Part shown: in pieces, positions 9,641 to 21,327 of the stretch
Position numbering within the stretch: position 1 is the stretch's first letter
Layout: every line of letters starts with the position of its first letter
From: Opitutales bacterium
Lineage (GTDB): Bacteria > Verrucomicrobiota > Verrucomicrobiia > Opitutales > Coraliomargaritaceae
Length of the DNA: 32,000 nt
Reading direction: 5' to 3'
Assembly (NCBI GenBank): GCA_049606355.1
Contig: JBMYVL010000008.1
Coordinates: 78,357 to 110,356, forward strand
The notes under the pieces: model-generated
Told to the model about the DNA's origin: nothing
Databases searched by the model: none
The model's input: only the letters and a program-made list of their open reading frames with translations
Program-made: the position numbers and the translations under genes

Positions 9641-10546
9641 ATGTCGATTCCTGAATTAGAAGCCTTTTGCGCGCATCTCGCGTTGGAGCGGCGTATGTCG
9701 CCCAATACCGTGCGCAACTACCGCCAAGCAGTGGAGCGTTTCATCGTTTGGTTGCAGTCGAATCATACCGGCGCGAATTCCTTTCTGGCTGTAGAGGCCA
9801 TCGATGTGCGTTCCTATTTAGTCGACCAGGGGCGGCGCATCGCACGTCGCACCTTGCACAATCATGTGTCCGGCTTACGTGCCTTTTATTATTATCTGCG
9901 TCGGCAAGGCGCAGTGGACGCAAATCCATTTACGGGCGTGAGTTTACCAAAACTCGATAAGCCTTTGCCCAAGTTTTTGACGGAGGCGCAGATGCGTTTG
10001 CTATTGGAGGCACCAGCAAAACTGTGGCAGCAGGATCAAGTGAGCGAGTTTGAGGCCCTTCGCGATAGCGTTATGCTAGAATTGTTGTACGGCGGTGGCT
10101 TACGTGTGAGTGAACTCTGCGGCTTGAATTTCAGTCAAATGGATATGGATCAAGCGATCGCTCGCGTTATAGGGAAGGGCGGCAAAGAGCGTATCTGCCC
10201 CGTAGGCCCCATCGCAGTTCAGTGCTTACGAACCTATATACAGCGTTTTGAGATCTGTCAGTCACCTGCGGCACCGGTGCTTGCCCAGCGTACTGGACGT
10301 CGCATGGAGCCGCGCCAAGTACAAAAGCGCTTAAAGTTACATTTGGCAGCTGCAGGGCTGCCGTTGGACATGACACCTCATAAATTACGCCATTCATTTG
10401 CGACGCATCTACTCGACAATGGGGCGGATCTACGCGCCGTTCAGGAGCTGCTGGGTCATGCCAATCTGTCGACCACTCAGATTTATACGCACGTTTCAGT
10501 CGCACGCCTCAAAGAAGCGCACCGACAGGCGCACCCTCGTGCTTAG
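9641..10546 (+). CDS. xerC: Tyrosine site-specific recombinase XerC/XerD family
   Basis: An N-terminal SAM-like domain is present (RRMSPNTVRNYRQAVERF). Catalytic residues are in GGLRVSEL, HKLRHSFATHLL and LLGHANLSTTQIYTHV. Confidence 0.9.
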   Translation: MSIPELEAFCAHLALERRMSPNTVRNYRQAVERFIVWLQSNHTGANSFLAVEAIDVRSYLVDQGRRIARRTLHNHVSGLRAFYYYLRRQGAVDANPFTGVSLPKLDKPLPKFLTEAQMRLLLEAPAKLWQQDQVSEFEALRDSVMLELLYGGGLRVSELCGLNFSQMDMDQAIARVIGKGGKERICPVGPIAVQCLRTYIQRFEICQSPAAPVLAQRTGRRMEPRQVQKRLKLHLAAAGLPLDMTPHKLRHSFATHLLDNGADLRAVQELLGHANLSTTQIYTHVSVARLKEAHRQAHPRA

Positions 10547-10550
10547 TGAA

Positions 10551-12424
<1,874 letters not shown>

Positions 12425-12428
<4 letters not shown>

Positions 12429-13600
12429 TGAACTGTTCTGGTTGTTAAGAATCGATGGAAGTGCAGCCCGAATTGATAGCACATCCCAAAGCCCATCATG
12501 AGCACGCTGAAGTAAGGTAACAGCCAGCCGGGGTTACGTACAACTTGCAGTACGGTTGCGGTTTCATCCGGAGAGAAAGAGGCCTGATAGAAAGTAAGCC
12601 CTTCGTAGCGCAATGGATGGTTCATGTAGATGAGCGCTTGCTGGTTTTTGCTGGAATCCGAATGGTGTGCAATCACCTTACTTGAGTAGTTAAAGGGAAT
12701 CTCCGTTCCGGGATACTTGTCGTGAGCGAAGTCGATCAGTTCGATTTCGAATGGGTAGTAATGACGTTTGTAGCGTAAGGCGATCTGCCAATCGTTACCT
12801 GCTGCTTGAAAGCGCTGTGGCGGGAAGCGATCGTCAATCACATTAGAGACCAGCCACGTGCCTAAGAGTTCGTCCGCATGCTGCAGTTCAACATAGGCGG
12901 TGCTCGTATTGATGGCCTTCTCGGAGTAGTCGATCGGTTGCGGGGTAGCGATGATATTCATCTTTGCACCAGCACCATGGGTGGCCATGGGCTGCACCTT
13001 TTGCTCCGACCCTCTGCCGAGTACTGCGTTTGGGTAAAACGCCACAACCCTTATCTGTAATGCGCTCCCTGGGATCGCAATCTGCGCGCCCGGTTGCAGT
13101 TGCGATTCAGAGATGCTGTGCACGATATCCTGGTTCGGATCACTGCGATCAATTAGCACCAGTTCATTTTCGCGCACGGTTTGCGAGTAGTTGCTGCGCG
13201 TGCCTTCGCTTATGGTCATCTGACTTTCGATCGAGAGTAAATCAGTCAATAGTTCACTGATCAGCAGAAGGATCAGGCCGGAGTGAATCGCATAAATACC
13301 AAGTTTAGCGGCCTTGAACTTGAAGCGGGTGATAAAGGCAGCAGTTAAGTTGAGAAGAAGTAGCCCACCAATCGTGTATCCACCTAACATTGGTATGCGA
13401 AGCCAATTCAGGCTGGGGTAGCCGGGCCAAGTTTGTGGATAGTTCCACAGCACGAGAAAGCTTTCAAAATAGAGTTTCTGCGTGTGCCAAATTCCATATT
13501 CGACCTGATCGAGGGTGCCAAAAAAAATGAGCAGCATCGATAGTGATAGCAGCACGACTGTAAGTCGCAAAGATGCGCATCGTTTCAGCCAAGCGTGCAT
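12425..13600 (-). CDS. resB: Cytochrome c biogenesis protein ResB/CcsB (System II)
   Basis: The N-terminus (LRLTVVLLSLSMLLIFFGTLDQVEYGIW) and overall topology (TM helices, a large periplasmic domain, then a C-terminal TM) are typical of ResB. ATG at 13600, 3 nt after the upstream gene's TAA (GTG at 13603 is also possible). Confidence 0.85.
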
Positions 13601-13603
13601 CAC

Positions 13604-14257
13604 TTAATGGTGTGCGTCCTCAATCTGAATCGAGTTGAGGAACGTTTTCATTGCGGGTTCATTGCGCTGCACGGTTGCCGTGTTGCCGAGCATCTTAAAG
13701 AACCACGTGCTACCGTGAAAGGGGAGAATGCCTGCGAGGATCGACTTTTCCTTGCCTTCGAGGCGTACATAGAGGCCGCCGTGGTTAGCGATGCTGATTG
13801 GCGCACTGATTTCTTGAAGCGCTGCTTCGTTGATGGTTTCGAGCCCTACCTGCCCGCACCAACGATTGATGTTGGCCAGAGTGCCCCCGACATCTCCCGG
13901 GAAAGTGAGCGCAGTGATTTCTGCACTGCCATCGCTATCGTCGACGCGCAGATTGGCTTTGCGCATGCCAGTGCTGCCGGCATCAACCCAGCCATTCGGT
14001 AACGTGAAGTGAATGTCCGGTGCCGCATCGGCGATTTCCTGCATGCCGGGTAGGGCGGGCATTGCCGTAGTCGCCGCCGTACTGCCAACCCCTGCAGGGG
14101 GGTGTCCCGCTGGCAGAGTTGCCGGTGCCGCGTGGTCCACCTCTTTGGGTATGGAGTAGCTGACTACTTCCGAATCGTTGCACGCGGTTAAGTGAGCGAG
14201 TAGCAAGATGACGGCGCAGCAGTTGGCGATGCGAGAGATTGGAGTGCGTGTGAGCAT
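13604..14257 (-). CDS. Lipoprotein of unknown function heading the resB-ccsA cluster
   Basis: ATG at 14257 (14269 is TTG). Signal peptide plus lipobox LLLAHLTA-C. A Pro/Ala/Gly-rich linker is followed by a roughly 140-aa globular domain. The C-terminus is ...EDAHH. The stop abuts the resB start. Confidence 0.7.
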   Translation of the reverse strand: MLTRTPISRIANCCAVILLLAHLTACNDSEVVSYSIPKEVDHAAPATLPAGHPPAGVGSTAATTAMPALPGMQEIADAAPDIHFTLPNGWVDAGSTGMRKANLRVDDSDGSAEITALTFPGDVGGTLANINRWCGQVGLETINEAALQEISAPISIANHGGLYVRLEGKEKSILAGILPFHGSTWFFKMLGNTATVQRNEPAMKTFLNSIQIEDAHH

Positions 14258-14323
14258 GCGGAGAAGCAAGGAGGTGAGGCGAGGCAGAGCAAGGCGTCTG
14301 ATTAAGTATAGGGATTACTAATA

Positions 14324-15427
14324 CTAATTATTAAACCTGAAGAGGGCGACATCGCCGTCCTTAAATTCATAATCTTTGCCTTCCAAGCGATATTTGCCTG
14401 CTTCGCGAGCTCCCGCAGTACTGCCGGCAGTGATCAAGTCACTATAGGCGACGACCTCGGCCTTAATGAATCCACTTTCAAAGTCCGTGTGAATCACTCC
14501 TGCGCACTGCGGCGCTTTCATTCCCTGTTTAAAGGTCCAGGCGCGAACTTCCTGAACGCCTGCCGTGAAGTAGGAAGCGAGGCCGAGTAAGTCGTAGGTC
14601 GCGCGGATGAGGCGTGATACACCCGAATCCGCGACCCCCAGAGATTGCAGGTACTCGGCGGCTTCGGTCGCATCAAAATCAATTAGCTCCGCTTCGACGG
14701 AGGCCGAGATGACGCAGGTGCCGGCACCGTGGTGCTCGCGGGCATACTGTTCGACTTGGCGTACGAAAGTGTTTTGGCTGGGATCCGCGAGGTCCTCTTC
14801 GGCTACATTGCAGGCATACAGTACCCGCTTGGCAGACAGTAAGCACAGTCGTTTCAAAACGAGCTGATCATCCTCGCTCATCTCCAATGTAATTGCCGGC
14901 TTGTTGGCATCCAGGTGCGGCATTAACCGTTCGATGAGGGCAATGTTTTCAGCAGCTTCTTTATCCCCGCCGCGTGCTTTTTTTACGGCCTTTTCTTTCT
15001 GACTCTCCAGGGAGCTCATGTCTGCGAGGATGAGTTCCGTATTAATAACCTCAATGTCGCGCAGCGGGTCGATCGAACCCATATTATGGATGATGTCTTC
15101 GTCGACGAAGCAACGAACGACGTGCACGATCGCATCGACCTCGCGAATGTTGGCGAGAAACTTGTTGCCTAAGCCTTCGCCTTTGCTGGCACCTTCTACC
15201 AGGCCCGCAATGTCAACGAATTCGATCGCCGCAGGAATCACCTTATCGGTCTTGGCAATTTCGCGCAGTGGCTCCAAGCGTGCGTCCGGTACTTGCACGA
15301 CACCGACATTGGGATCGATCGTGCAAAACGGATAGTTTGCCGATTCAGCTTTACGCGTGCGGGTCAGCGCATTGAAGAGTGTGCTTTTACCAACATTGGG
15401 GAGTCCGACTATTCCTGCTTGTAGCAT
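14324..15427 (-). CDS. ychF: Redox-regulated ribosome-binding ATPase YchF (Obg family)
   Basis: [22 protein letters not shown] with the P-loop, a TGS-like C-terminus, and about 367 aa counted from ATG 15427. Confidence 0.9.
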   Translation of the reverse strand: MLQAGIVGLPNVGKSTLFNALTRTRKAESANYPFCTIDPNVGVVQVPDARLEPLREIAKTDKVIPAAIEFVDIAGLVEGASKGEGLGNKFLANIREVDAIVHVVRCFVDEDIIHNMGSIDPLRDIEVINTELILADMSSLESQKEKAVKKARGGDKEAAENIALIERLMPHLDANKPAITLEMSEDDQLVLKRLCLLSAKRVLYACNVAEEDLADPSQNTFVRQVEQYAREHHGAGTCVISASVEAELIDFDATEAAEYLQSLGVADSGVSRLIRATYDLLGLASYFTAGVQEVRAWTFKQGMKAPQCAGVIHTDFESGFIKAEVVAYSDLITAGSTAGAREAGKYRLEGKDYEFKDGDVALFRFNN

Positions 15428-15567
15428 AGCCGCAAAAACATGGAGTTCAGCCACTCGGGTGCAATGGTAAATCTTCACCCTGTTTTTACGCTGAGAACAG
15501 CTGATTTAATTCGGCTATAATCTTATCCTGTACTAGTTTCCTAGGCGTTATTCGTATCGAAGCATAA

Positions 15568-16722
15568 ATGAATTCATCCGCAGACCTTTGTATTGATGGC
15601 TTACGAATTTTGGTAGTCGCCAGCCAAGCGACCTTGCGCAGTCAGTTGGCTGATTTGTTCGAGTCCAGCGGCTGGGTCGTCGATACGGTGAGTACGGGTG
15701 AAGCAGCGATTCAGCGTATCGCCGAGCAGACGCCCGATTTAATCGTGCTCGATGCCGTATTAGCTGGTATCGATGGGCGGTTGACCTGCCAGATGATTCA
15801 GCAGATGGAAGGGATGCAGGCGGTGCCCGTTATTTTTCTGACAGAGCCTAATGATGCTGCAACGGTTGCGGCTGCCTTCGCTGGTGGTTGCGCCGATGTG
15901 CTGGCGAAGCCATTCGATGAGCGAGAGCTTACGGCGCGTCTTTCCTACCATTTGCGAGCCAGAGTTTCGAATCAATCACAGCGCAAGTATGTCGATGCGT
16001 TACTACAAGCGAATGATGCGAAAAACCGTGCGCTGGGAGTCGCTGCTCATGACTTGCGCAACCCGCTGGCATCCATTCGTGGCCTGGCGGAATTCTTGGC
16101 AGAGGCGGGACCATTGAATGATACGCAACAGGAAATAAGCCAGACGATTCAGTTTACTGCCGATTCGATGTTGGAGCTGGTGCATGATCTGTTGGACTTA
16201 GCGGTGATTGAGGGCAGTCCAACTCTCGAAAAGAATCAGTCCTGCTCAATTGAAGCAGTCATTCGCTCGGCCATATCCGACCATCAGTTTTTGGCAGCGC
16301 AGAAGTCCATACGCTTGCTCGTTCAGAACCAGGGTGCGCCTGAGCAGGTGCGCTTGAATCCTCTCCACTTTAGGCGCTTAGTGAATAATTTGCTCAGTAA
16401 TGCGATTAAATTCTCTCCCCGCGAGTCCTGCGTACGGGTGATTCTCGAAAGGCGTGGCAATCGGTTGTGTGTCATCGTGGAAGATGAAGGTCCGGGCATA
16501 CCCGCTGCAGAAATGCATCAGCTCTTTACGGAGTTTGGGCGCACATCGGTACGCCCAACTGGCAATGAAAGCAGCACGGGCCTCGGGCTGTGGATCTGCC
16601 GGCAAATTGCGACGGCTCAAGGTGGGCGCGTGTATGCGGAAAACCGTACGGCGCATCGGGGTGCACGGTTTGTCTTTGAGCTGGATTTGAGGGATTCTTC
16701 GCACCTACAAAAAGCGTGCTAG
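15568..16722 (+). CDS. Cytoplasmic hybrid protein: N-terminal receiver (atypical) + HisKA + HATPase_c histidine kinase
   Basis: The receiver has the phospho-acceptor context DLIVLDAVL, plus VIFLTE and LAKPF. H-box AAHDLRNPLASIRG, N-box LVNNLLSNAIKFSP, G1 EDEGPGIP and G2 STGLGLWICR are present. There are no TM segments. Confidence 0.85.
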   Translation: MNSSADLCIDGLRILVVASQATLRSQLADLFESSGWVVDTVSTGEAAIQRIAEQTPDLIVLDAVLAGIDGRLTCQMIQQMEGMQAVPVIFLTEPNDAATVAAAFAGGCADVLAKPFDERELTARLSYHLRARVSNQSQRKYVDALLQANDAKNRALGVAAHDLRNPLASIRGLAEFLAEAGPLNDTQQEISQTIQFTADSMLELVHDLLDLAVIEGSPTLEKNQSCSIEAVIRSAISDHQFLAAQKSIRLLVQNQGAPEQVRLNPLHFRRLVNNLLSNAIKFSPRESCVRVILERRGNRLCVIVEDEGPGIPAAEMHQLFTEFGRTSVRPTGNESSTGLGLWICRQIATAQGGRVYAENRTAHRGARFVFELDLRDSSHLQKAC

Positions 16723-16786
16723 ATCCATGTGCTTGTCTTGCGCTTCGCTTTCTGTACCGTAGCGAGTCGAATTATAAAATTAGCGC

Positions 16787-18235
16787 ATGCCTGCACAACA
16801 AACAACGCCTGCGGCCAAGGCTCTCCAGCGACTTTGCCGCAAATTGCCCGGTCGAGTACACACGGATGAACACAGTCGCTTTACGGCTTCGCTGGATAAT
16901 CTGCGCCTCTCTTTCCTGCCGGATGCTGTGGTTAAGGTCAGAGAAGCTAAAGAAGTCGGCGTAGTCCTTAAACTTGCGCAGAGCTATGGCATTCCGATTA
17001 CGCCTCGCGGCGCCGGTTCAGCGACGACGGGTTCGGCGGTGCCCGTGAAGGGGGGATGGGCACTCGACTTATCTGCCCTCAAACGTGTGCGGATTGATCC
17101 AGTCGCCAAGTGGGCAACCGTAGGTGCCGGTGTGGTGACCGAAGACTTGCAAAAACGAGTAGCGGCGCACGGGCTCTTTTATCCACCGGACCCATCCTCC
17201 AAGAAATACTCTACCATCGGCGGAAACATTGCCTGCAACGCTGGTGGGATGCGCTGCCTCAAGTATGGGGTGACTCGCGATTACGTCATGGGCTTGGAAG
17301 GCTACCTGGCGGATGGCAATCCCGTTCAATGGGGACTGCCCTTGAAGAAGTATGTTTCTGGATTCAATTTACGTGATCTATGGATCGGCTCAGAGGGTAC
17401 TTTGGGCGTGATCACCGCGGCGACGCTGCGCTTAATTCCTCATCCTGAAAAACGTTGGACCGGGATGTTTGCCTTCAAAACTGAGGCAATGGCTTTGCGG
17501 GCGGTGTTAGGATTATTGAAAGCCGGCGTGCAGCCTTCGATCCTTGAGTTTTTGGATCGTCAGTCAGTCGGCTGCGCCGAAGACTATACGGGAGCGCCGG
17601 TTTTCCCAGGCTGCGCCGGTGCGGCCCTCCTTTTGATCGAGTTAGATGGTTCGGTGGCTGAAGTGCGCCATCAGCGCAAAACGCTACTGGATTTTATGCT
17701 GGGTCGCGCAGTGGCGCAGCATGAGGCGCGTACGGAGGCGCAGGCTGAGAAGCTGTGGCAAGTGCGCCGAACCTGTTCGCAGTCAATGTTCTCCCTTGCT
17801 GATACGAAGCTGAATGAGGACGTCGTGGTGCCGATTCAGAAGCAGGCAGAGTTAATACGTTTCACCCTGGGGCTAAAGAAAGAGATCGGGCTGGCTACAC
17901 CGACTTTCGGGCACGCCGGTGATGGTAATTTGCATGTGCATATTATGTACAACCGTAGTTGTAAAGATGAGGCCCGACGTGCCAAACGTGGGATTCAGCA
18001 ACTCATGAAAAAAGTCGTCGACCTCGGTGGGGTGATTACCGGTGAGCATGGGATTGGATTAGCCAAAGCGCCCTTTATGCCATTGCAGCATACGCAGGCG
18101 GAACTCGCTGCGATGCGTGCGGTCAAGCAAGCGCTCGACCCGAAGGGTATTCTCAATCCCGGTAAACTCTTCGATCCCTTTGAAGTTTGGAAGCACAGCC
18201 CTGTTGCGGTTCAATTGCCATGGGATCACCGCTAA
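16787..18235 (+). CDS. FAD-linked oxidase (GlcD / D-lactate dehydrogenase family)
   Basis: 482 aa with an FAD-binding PCMH-type N-terminal region (ITPRGAGSATTGSAVP, IGGNIACNAGG) and a C-terminal GEHGIGLAK motif. Confidence 0.8.
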   Translation: MPAQQTTPAAKALQRLCRKLPGRVHTDEHSRFTASLDNLRLSFLPDAVVKVREAKEVGVVLKLAQSYGIPITPRGAGSATTGSAVPVKGGWALDLSALKRVRIDPVAKWATVGAGVVTEDLQKRVAAHGLFYPPDPSSKKYSTIGGNIACNAGGMRCLKYGVTRDYVMGLEGYLADGNPVQWGLPLKKYVSGFNLRDLWIGSEGTLGVITAATLRLIPHPEKRWTGMFAFKTEAMALRAVLGLLKAGVQPSILEFLDRQSVGCAEDYTGAPVFPGCAGAALLLIELDGSVAEVRHQRKTLLDFMLGRAVAQHEARTEAQAEKLWQVRRTCSQSMFSLADTKLNEDVVVPIQKQAELIRFTLGLKKEIGLATPTFGHAGDGNLHVHIMYNRSCKDEARRAKRGIQQLMKKVVDLGGVITGEHGIGLAKAPFMPLQHTQAELAAMRAVKQALDPKGILNPGKLFDPFEVWKHSPVAVQLPWDHR

Positions 18236-18243
18236 GTACCAAG

Positions 18244-18555
18244 ATGAAAGACCACTTATTAATTGGTTGGACGACGGTCGGGAGTGCTGAGGTGGCGCAG
18301 CAACTCGCCTGCGAACTCGTTGAGTCCGGCTTGGCCGCCTGTGTGCAAATCGACAGGGAAATAAGTTCGGTGTATCAATGGGAGGGGCACGTTTGCCAGG
18401 AGCGGGAGTGGCGTTTGCAGGTAAAGTTTTTAGAATCTAAATCGGAGGCATTGCTTGAATGGATTGATCGGGCGCACCCTTATTCGACTCCAGAGTGGGT
18501 CGTAGTTACACCGACTCAAGTCGCTGCGAAATACGACGATTGGGTCCGCCGTTAG
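18244..18555 (+). CDS. cutA: Divalent-cation tolerance protein CutA
   Basis: ATG at 18244. GWTTVGSAEVAQQLACELVESGLAACVQI...SVYQWEGHV...KFLE...HPYSTPEW is typical of CutA1. Length about 103 aa. Confidence 0.85.
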   Translation: MKDHLLIGWTTVGSAEVAQQLACELVESGLAACVQIDREISSVYQWEGHVCQEREWRLQVKFLESKSEALLEWIDRAHPYSTPEWVVVTPTQVAAKYDDWVRR

Positions 18556-18600
18556 CGTTTTTTGCTTTATTTCAATCGCTCCCTTGTGCCTTTGTAAGGG

Positions 18601-19762
18601 ATGCAATTGATAACAGCTGAAGTCCGCTCCCAGATTGAAGAGATCACGCGCCGCGCCGGCCATATTTGGAGGTATCTTTGACGGCGAACAGAAGCTTGCA
18701 GAAATTGTTGCGCTGGAAGCGAAAATGGCCGAACCGAGCTTTTGGGATGACCAGCAATCGGCCCAGAAAGTGATAGCAGCAGCCAATCGCCTGAAAGCCG
18801 CAGTCAATCCCTCAAAAGCGTTCAATGCCGAACTGGAGGACATGCAGGCGATGTTCGAACTGGTTGAGGAGATGGGCGATGACCCGGATACTGCTGACTA
18901 CGAGCAGGAAGTCATCGATGCAGTCAAACGCTTGCAGCCAAAGCTCGATGCCTTGGAGCTGGCATCGTTCTTGACCGGTCCGCACGACGCTTGTAACGCG
19001 ATCTTAACCATCCATGCCGGTGCCGGAGGTACCGAAAGCTGTGACTGGGCGGACATGTTGCTGCGGATGTACTCACGTTGGGGTGAGCGTGCCGGCTATA
19101 CGGTTGATGTGCAGGATATTCAGCCAGGTGAAGAGGCGGGCATCAGTTCGGCAACAATCCGTATCGAAGGTCCCAATGCCTATGGCTATGCAAAGGCGGA
19201 ACGAGGAGTGCACCGTCTGGTGCGTATCAGCCCGTTTGACTCAAATGCGCGCCGCCATACATCATTCTCCTCGGTGGATGTAATTGCTGAGGTTGAAGAT
19301 GATATTGATTTGGAGATTCCGGAAGCCGAGATTCGCACTGATGTGTATCGCGCGAGTGGCAAAGGTGGTCAGCATGTGAACCGAACGGAGTCGGCTGTGC
19401 GTTTGACGCACATCCCCACTAATATCGTGGTGACTTGTCAAAACGAGCGTTCGCAGATCAAGAACAAGGCCACTGCGATGCGTACCTTAAAGTCGCGCCT
19501 TTACGAAAAAATGCTGGATGATAAACGCAGCGAGATGGAGAAGTTTTATGGCGAGAAGGGGGACATCGCCTGGGGAAATCAAATACGCTCCTATGTCTTC
19601 CAGCCGTATCAGCTCGTTACGGATCTGCGCACGGGCTTGAAAGAAGGCAATGTGCAGGGCGTCATGGATGGCGAGTTGGACCCGTTCGTACATGCATGGT
19701 TACGCGCGGGCGGACCGACTTCTCGAAAAACTGCAGGAGAGCGTGAATTCGGGGATGAGTGA
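18601..19762 (+). CDS. prfB: Peptide chain release factor 2, requires +1 programmed frameshift at codon 26
   Basis: Frame 0 runs from ATG 18601 ([26 protein letters not shown]) to the in-frame TGA at 18679-18681. The +1 frame resumes at GAC 18680 ([13 protein letters not shown]...) and carries SPF (RISPFDS) and GGQ (GKGGQHVN). Total length is about 386 aa. Confidence 0.93.
18668..18682 (+). promoter_or_regulatory. RF2 autoregulatory +1 frameshift signal (SD-like GGAGG, then TAT CTT TGA C)
   Basis: The sequence GGAGG TAT CTT TGA C is essentially identical to the E. coli prfB recoding site AGGGGG TAT CTT TGA C. Confidence 0.9.
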
Positions 19763-21188
19763 TTCGCAGGAGTCTCAAGGCGGCGTGAGTTTTGCCGCTT
19801 TACAGCAAGCTTTCGCCGAGCAGAGCTTGTTCGAAAACAAGACCTGGCGTTATTCGCCGCAGGCCTTTCCGCTCAGCGCAGATCAGCTGGCTGAGATACA
19901 CACGATTGGCCAAGCTTGTTATGACTTTTATCGTGCGCAGGAGATACTCTATCTACGCTCCGCAGAAAATAAGAACCTCTTGCGCAATCGCGAACTGCGC
20001 GCGCCCTGGGTCGCTGCCTATCTCGATCGTGGTAAGCCAGCAGCCCTCATTGAGCATGCACGCTCGAAGGCCTTACGCGGGTCGCTGCCAATGGTCATTC
20101 GTCCGGATTTGCTCCTCACGGAAAGCGGCTTTGCTCTCACGGAGATGGACTCGGTGCCGGGTGGGATCGGGTTAACGGCTTTTCTGAACCGGTTGTACCT
20201 GGATCATCATGGCGATGCCCTGGTGGGCGGCGGTGCGACTGATATGCTTGATGCCTTTTACGCCGCACTCTGTTCGCGGGCGCCATCCTTAACGACTCCG
20301 CATATTGCGATTTTGGTGAGTGATGAGGCCGCTACCTATCGTCCGGAGATGGAATGGCTCGCTTCACAGTTGCGCCAGCGGGGGCGCCGCGTGCATGTCT
20401 TTCATCCAGATGCGGTCATGCCTTTGGGCGAGACAATCTGCGTTGATGTGGACGGCGATCCCCAACAGGTCGATGTGATTTATCGCTTTTGGGAACTGTT
20501 TGATATGGCAAATGTGCCGATCGCAGCATCGCTCCTGCAGGCTCGTCGCGAAACTCAGGTGAGCCTGACTCCACCGATGCGGCCTTTTCAGGAAGAGAAG
20601 CTTAGTTTGGCGCTCTTGCATCATCCGATCCTGGAGGACTTTTGGAAAGAAAACTTACCGAAGGCCTCCTATCGGGCGCTGCAACGTGTGGTTCCCCAGA
20701 CTTGGGTGATGGATCCCGTCGAATTGCCTCCCAATGCAGTTTTGGATGCTCCTTACATCAACGGGAAGCCCATCCACGCTTGGCAACAATTGGCTCTGGC
20801 GGGTAAGAAAGAGCGAAATTTGATCATTAAGATCAGCGGCTACCATGAGACTGCCTGGGGGGCGCGCAGCGTTACCTTAGGGAGTGATTGCTCCCGCGAG
20901 GAGTGGGAGCAGGCCATCGGGCAGGCTATAACGATGGCGGAAAATTCACTGCACATTCTCCAGACTTACGAAAAGCCGAAACGTGTGCGGCACCCGGTCT
21001 ATCGTGCGGACGGTAGTATCACTGCGATGGACGGGCGCGTGCGCTTGTGCCCGTATTATTTCGTCGACGAAGCTGCGCAAACTGCGCGTGTACATGGAAT
21101 CCTCGCCACCTTGTGCCCCGCAGATAAGAAGATCATTCATGGCATGAAGGATGCTTCGCTGCTGCCCTGTGTCGCCGCCGAAGCTTAA
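19755..21188 (+). CDS. Unknown protein, circularly permuted ATP-grasp-like (eukaryotic-type glutathione synthetase-like architecture)
   Basis: ATG 19755 overlaps the prfB stop (ATGAGTGA). By eye the order of blocks is collinear with permuted ATP-grasp ligases: [70 protein letters not shown]. Catalytic signatures were not verified. Confidence 0.45.
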   Translation: MSDSQESQGGVSFAALQQAFAEQSLFENKTWRYSPQAFPLSADQLAEIHTIGQACYDFYRAQEILYLRSAENKNLLRNRELRAPWVAAYLDRGKPAALIEHARSKALRGSLPMVIRPDLLLTESGFALTEMDSVPGGIGLTAFLNRLYLDHHGDALVGGGATDMLDAFYAALCSRAPSLTTPHIAILVSDEAATYRPEMEWLASQLRQRGRRVHVFHPDAVMPLGETICVDVDGDPQQVDVIYRFWELFDMANVPIAASLLQARRETQVSLTPPMRPFQEEKLSLALLHHPILEDFWKENLPKASYRALQRVVPQTWVMDPVELPPNAVLDAPYINGKPIHAWQQLALAGKKERNLIIKISGYHETAWGARSVTLGSDCSREEWEQAIGQAITMAENSLHILQTYEKPKRVRHPVYRADGSITAMDGRVRLCPYYFVDEAAQTARVHGILATLCPADKKIIHGMKDASLLPCVAAEA

Positions 21189-21327
21189 ATTTATTTTAAA
21201 AAAGATACGAACTTGCCGTAAGGGTGGCAGTTCCTTTGTTTCGCGCTTTCACCCGTAAAAATCACCGCTAGAGTTTTATGGGACGGATCGATTCTGATCT
21301 CTTTTTTACCGGTAGGACCCACTCTTC

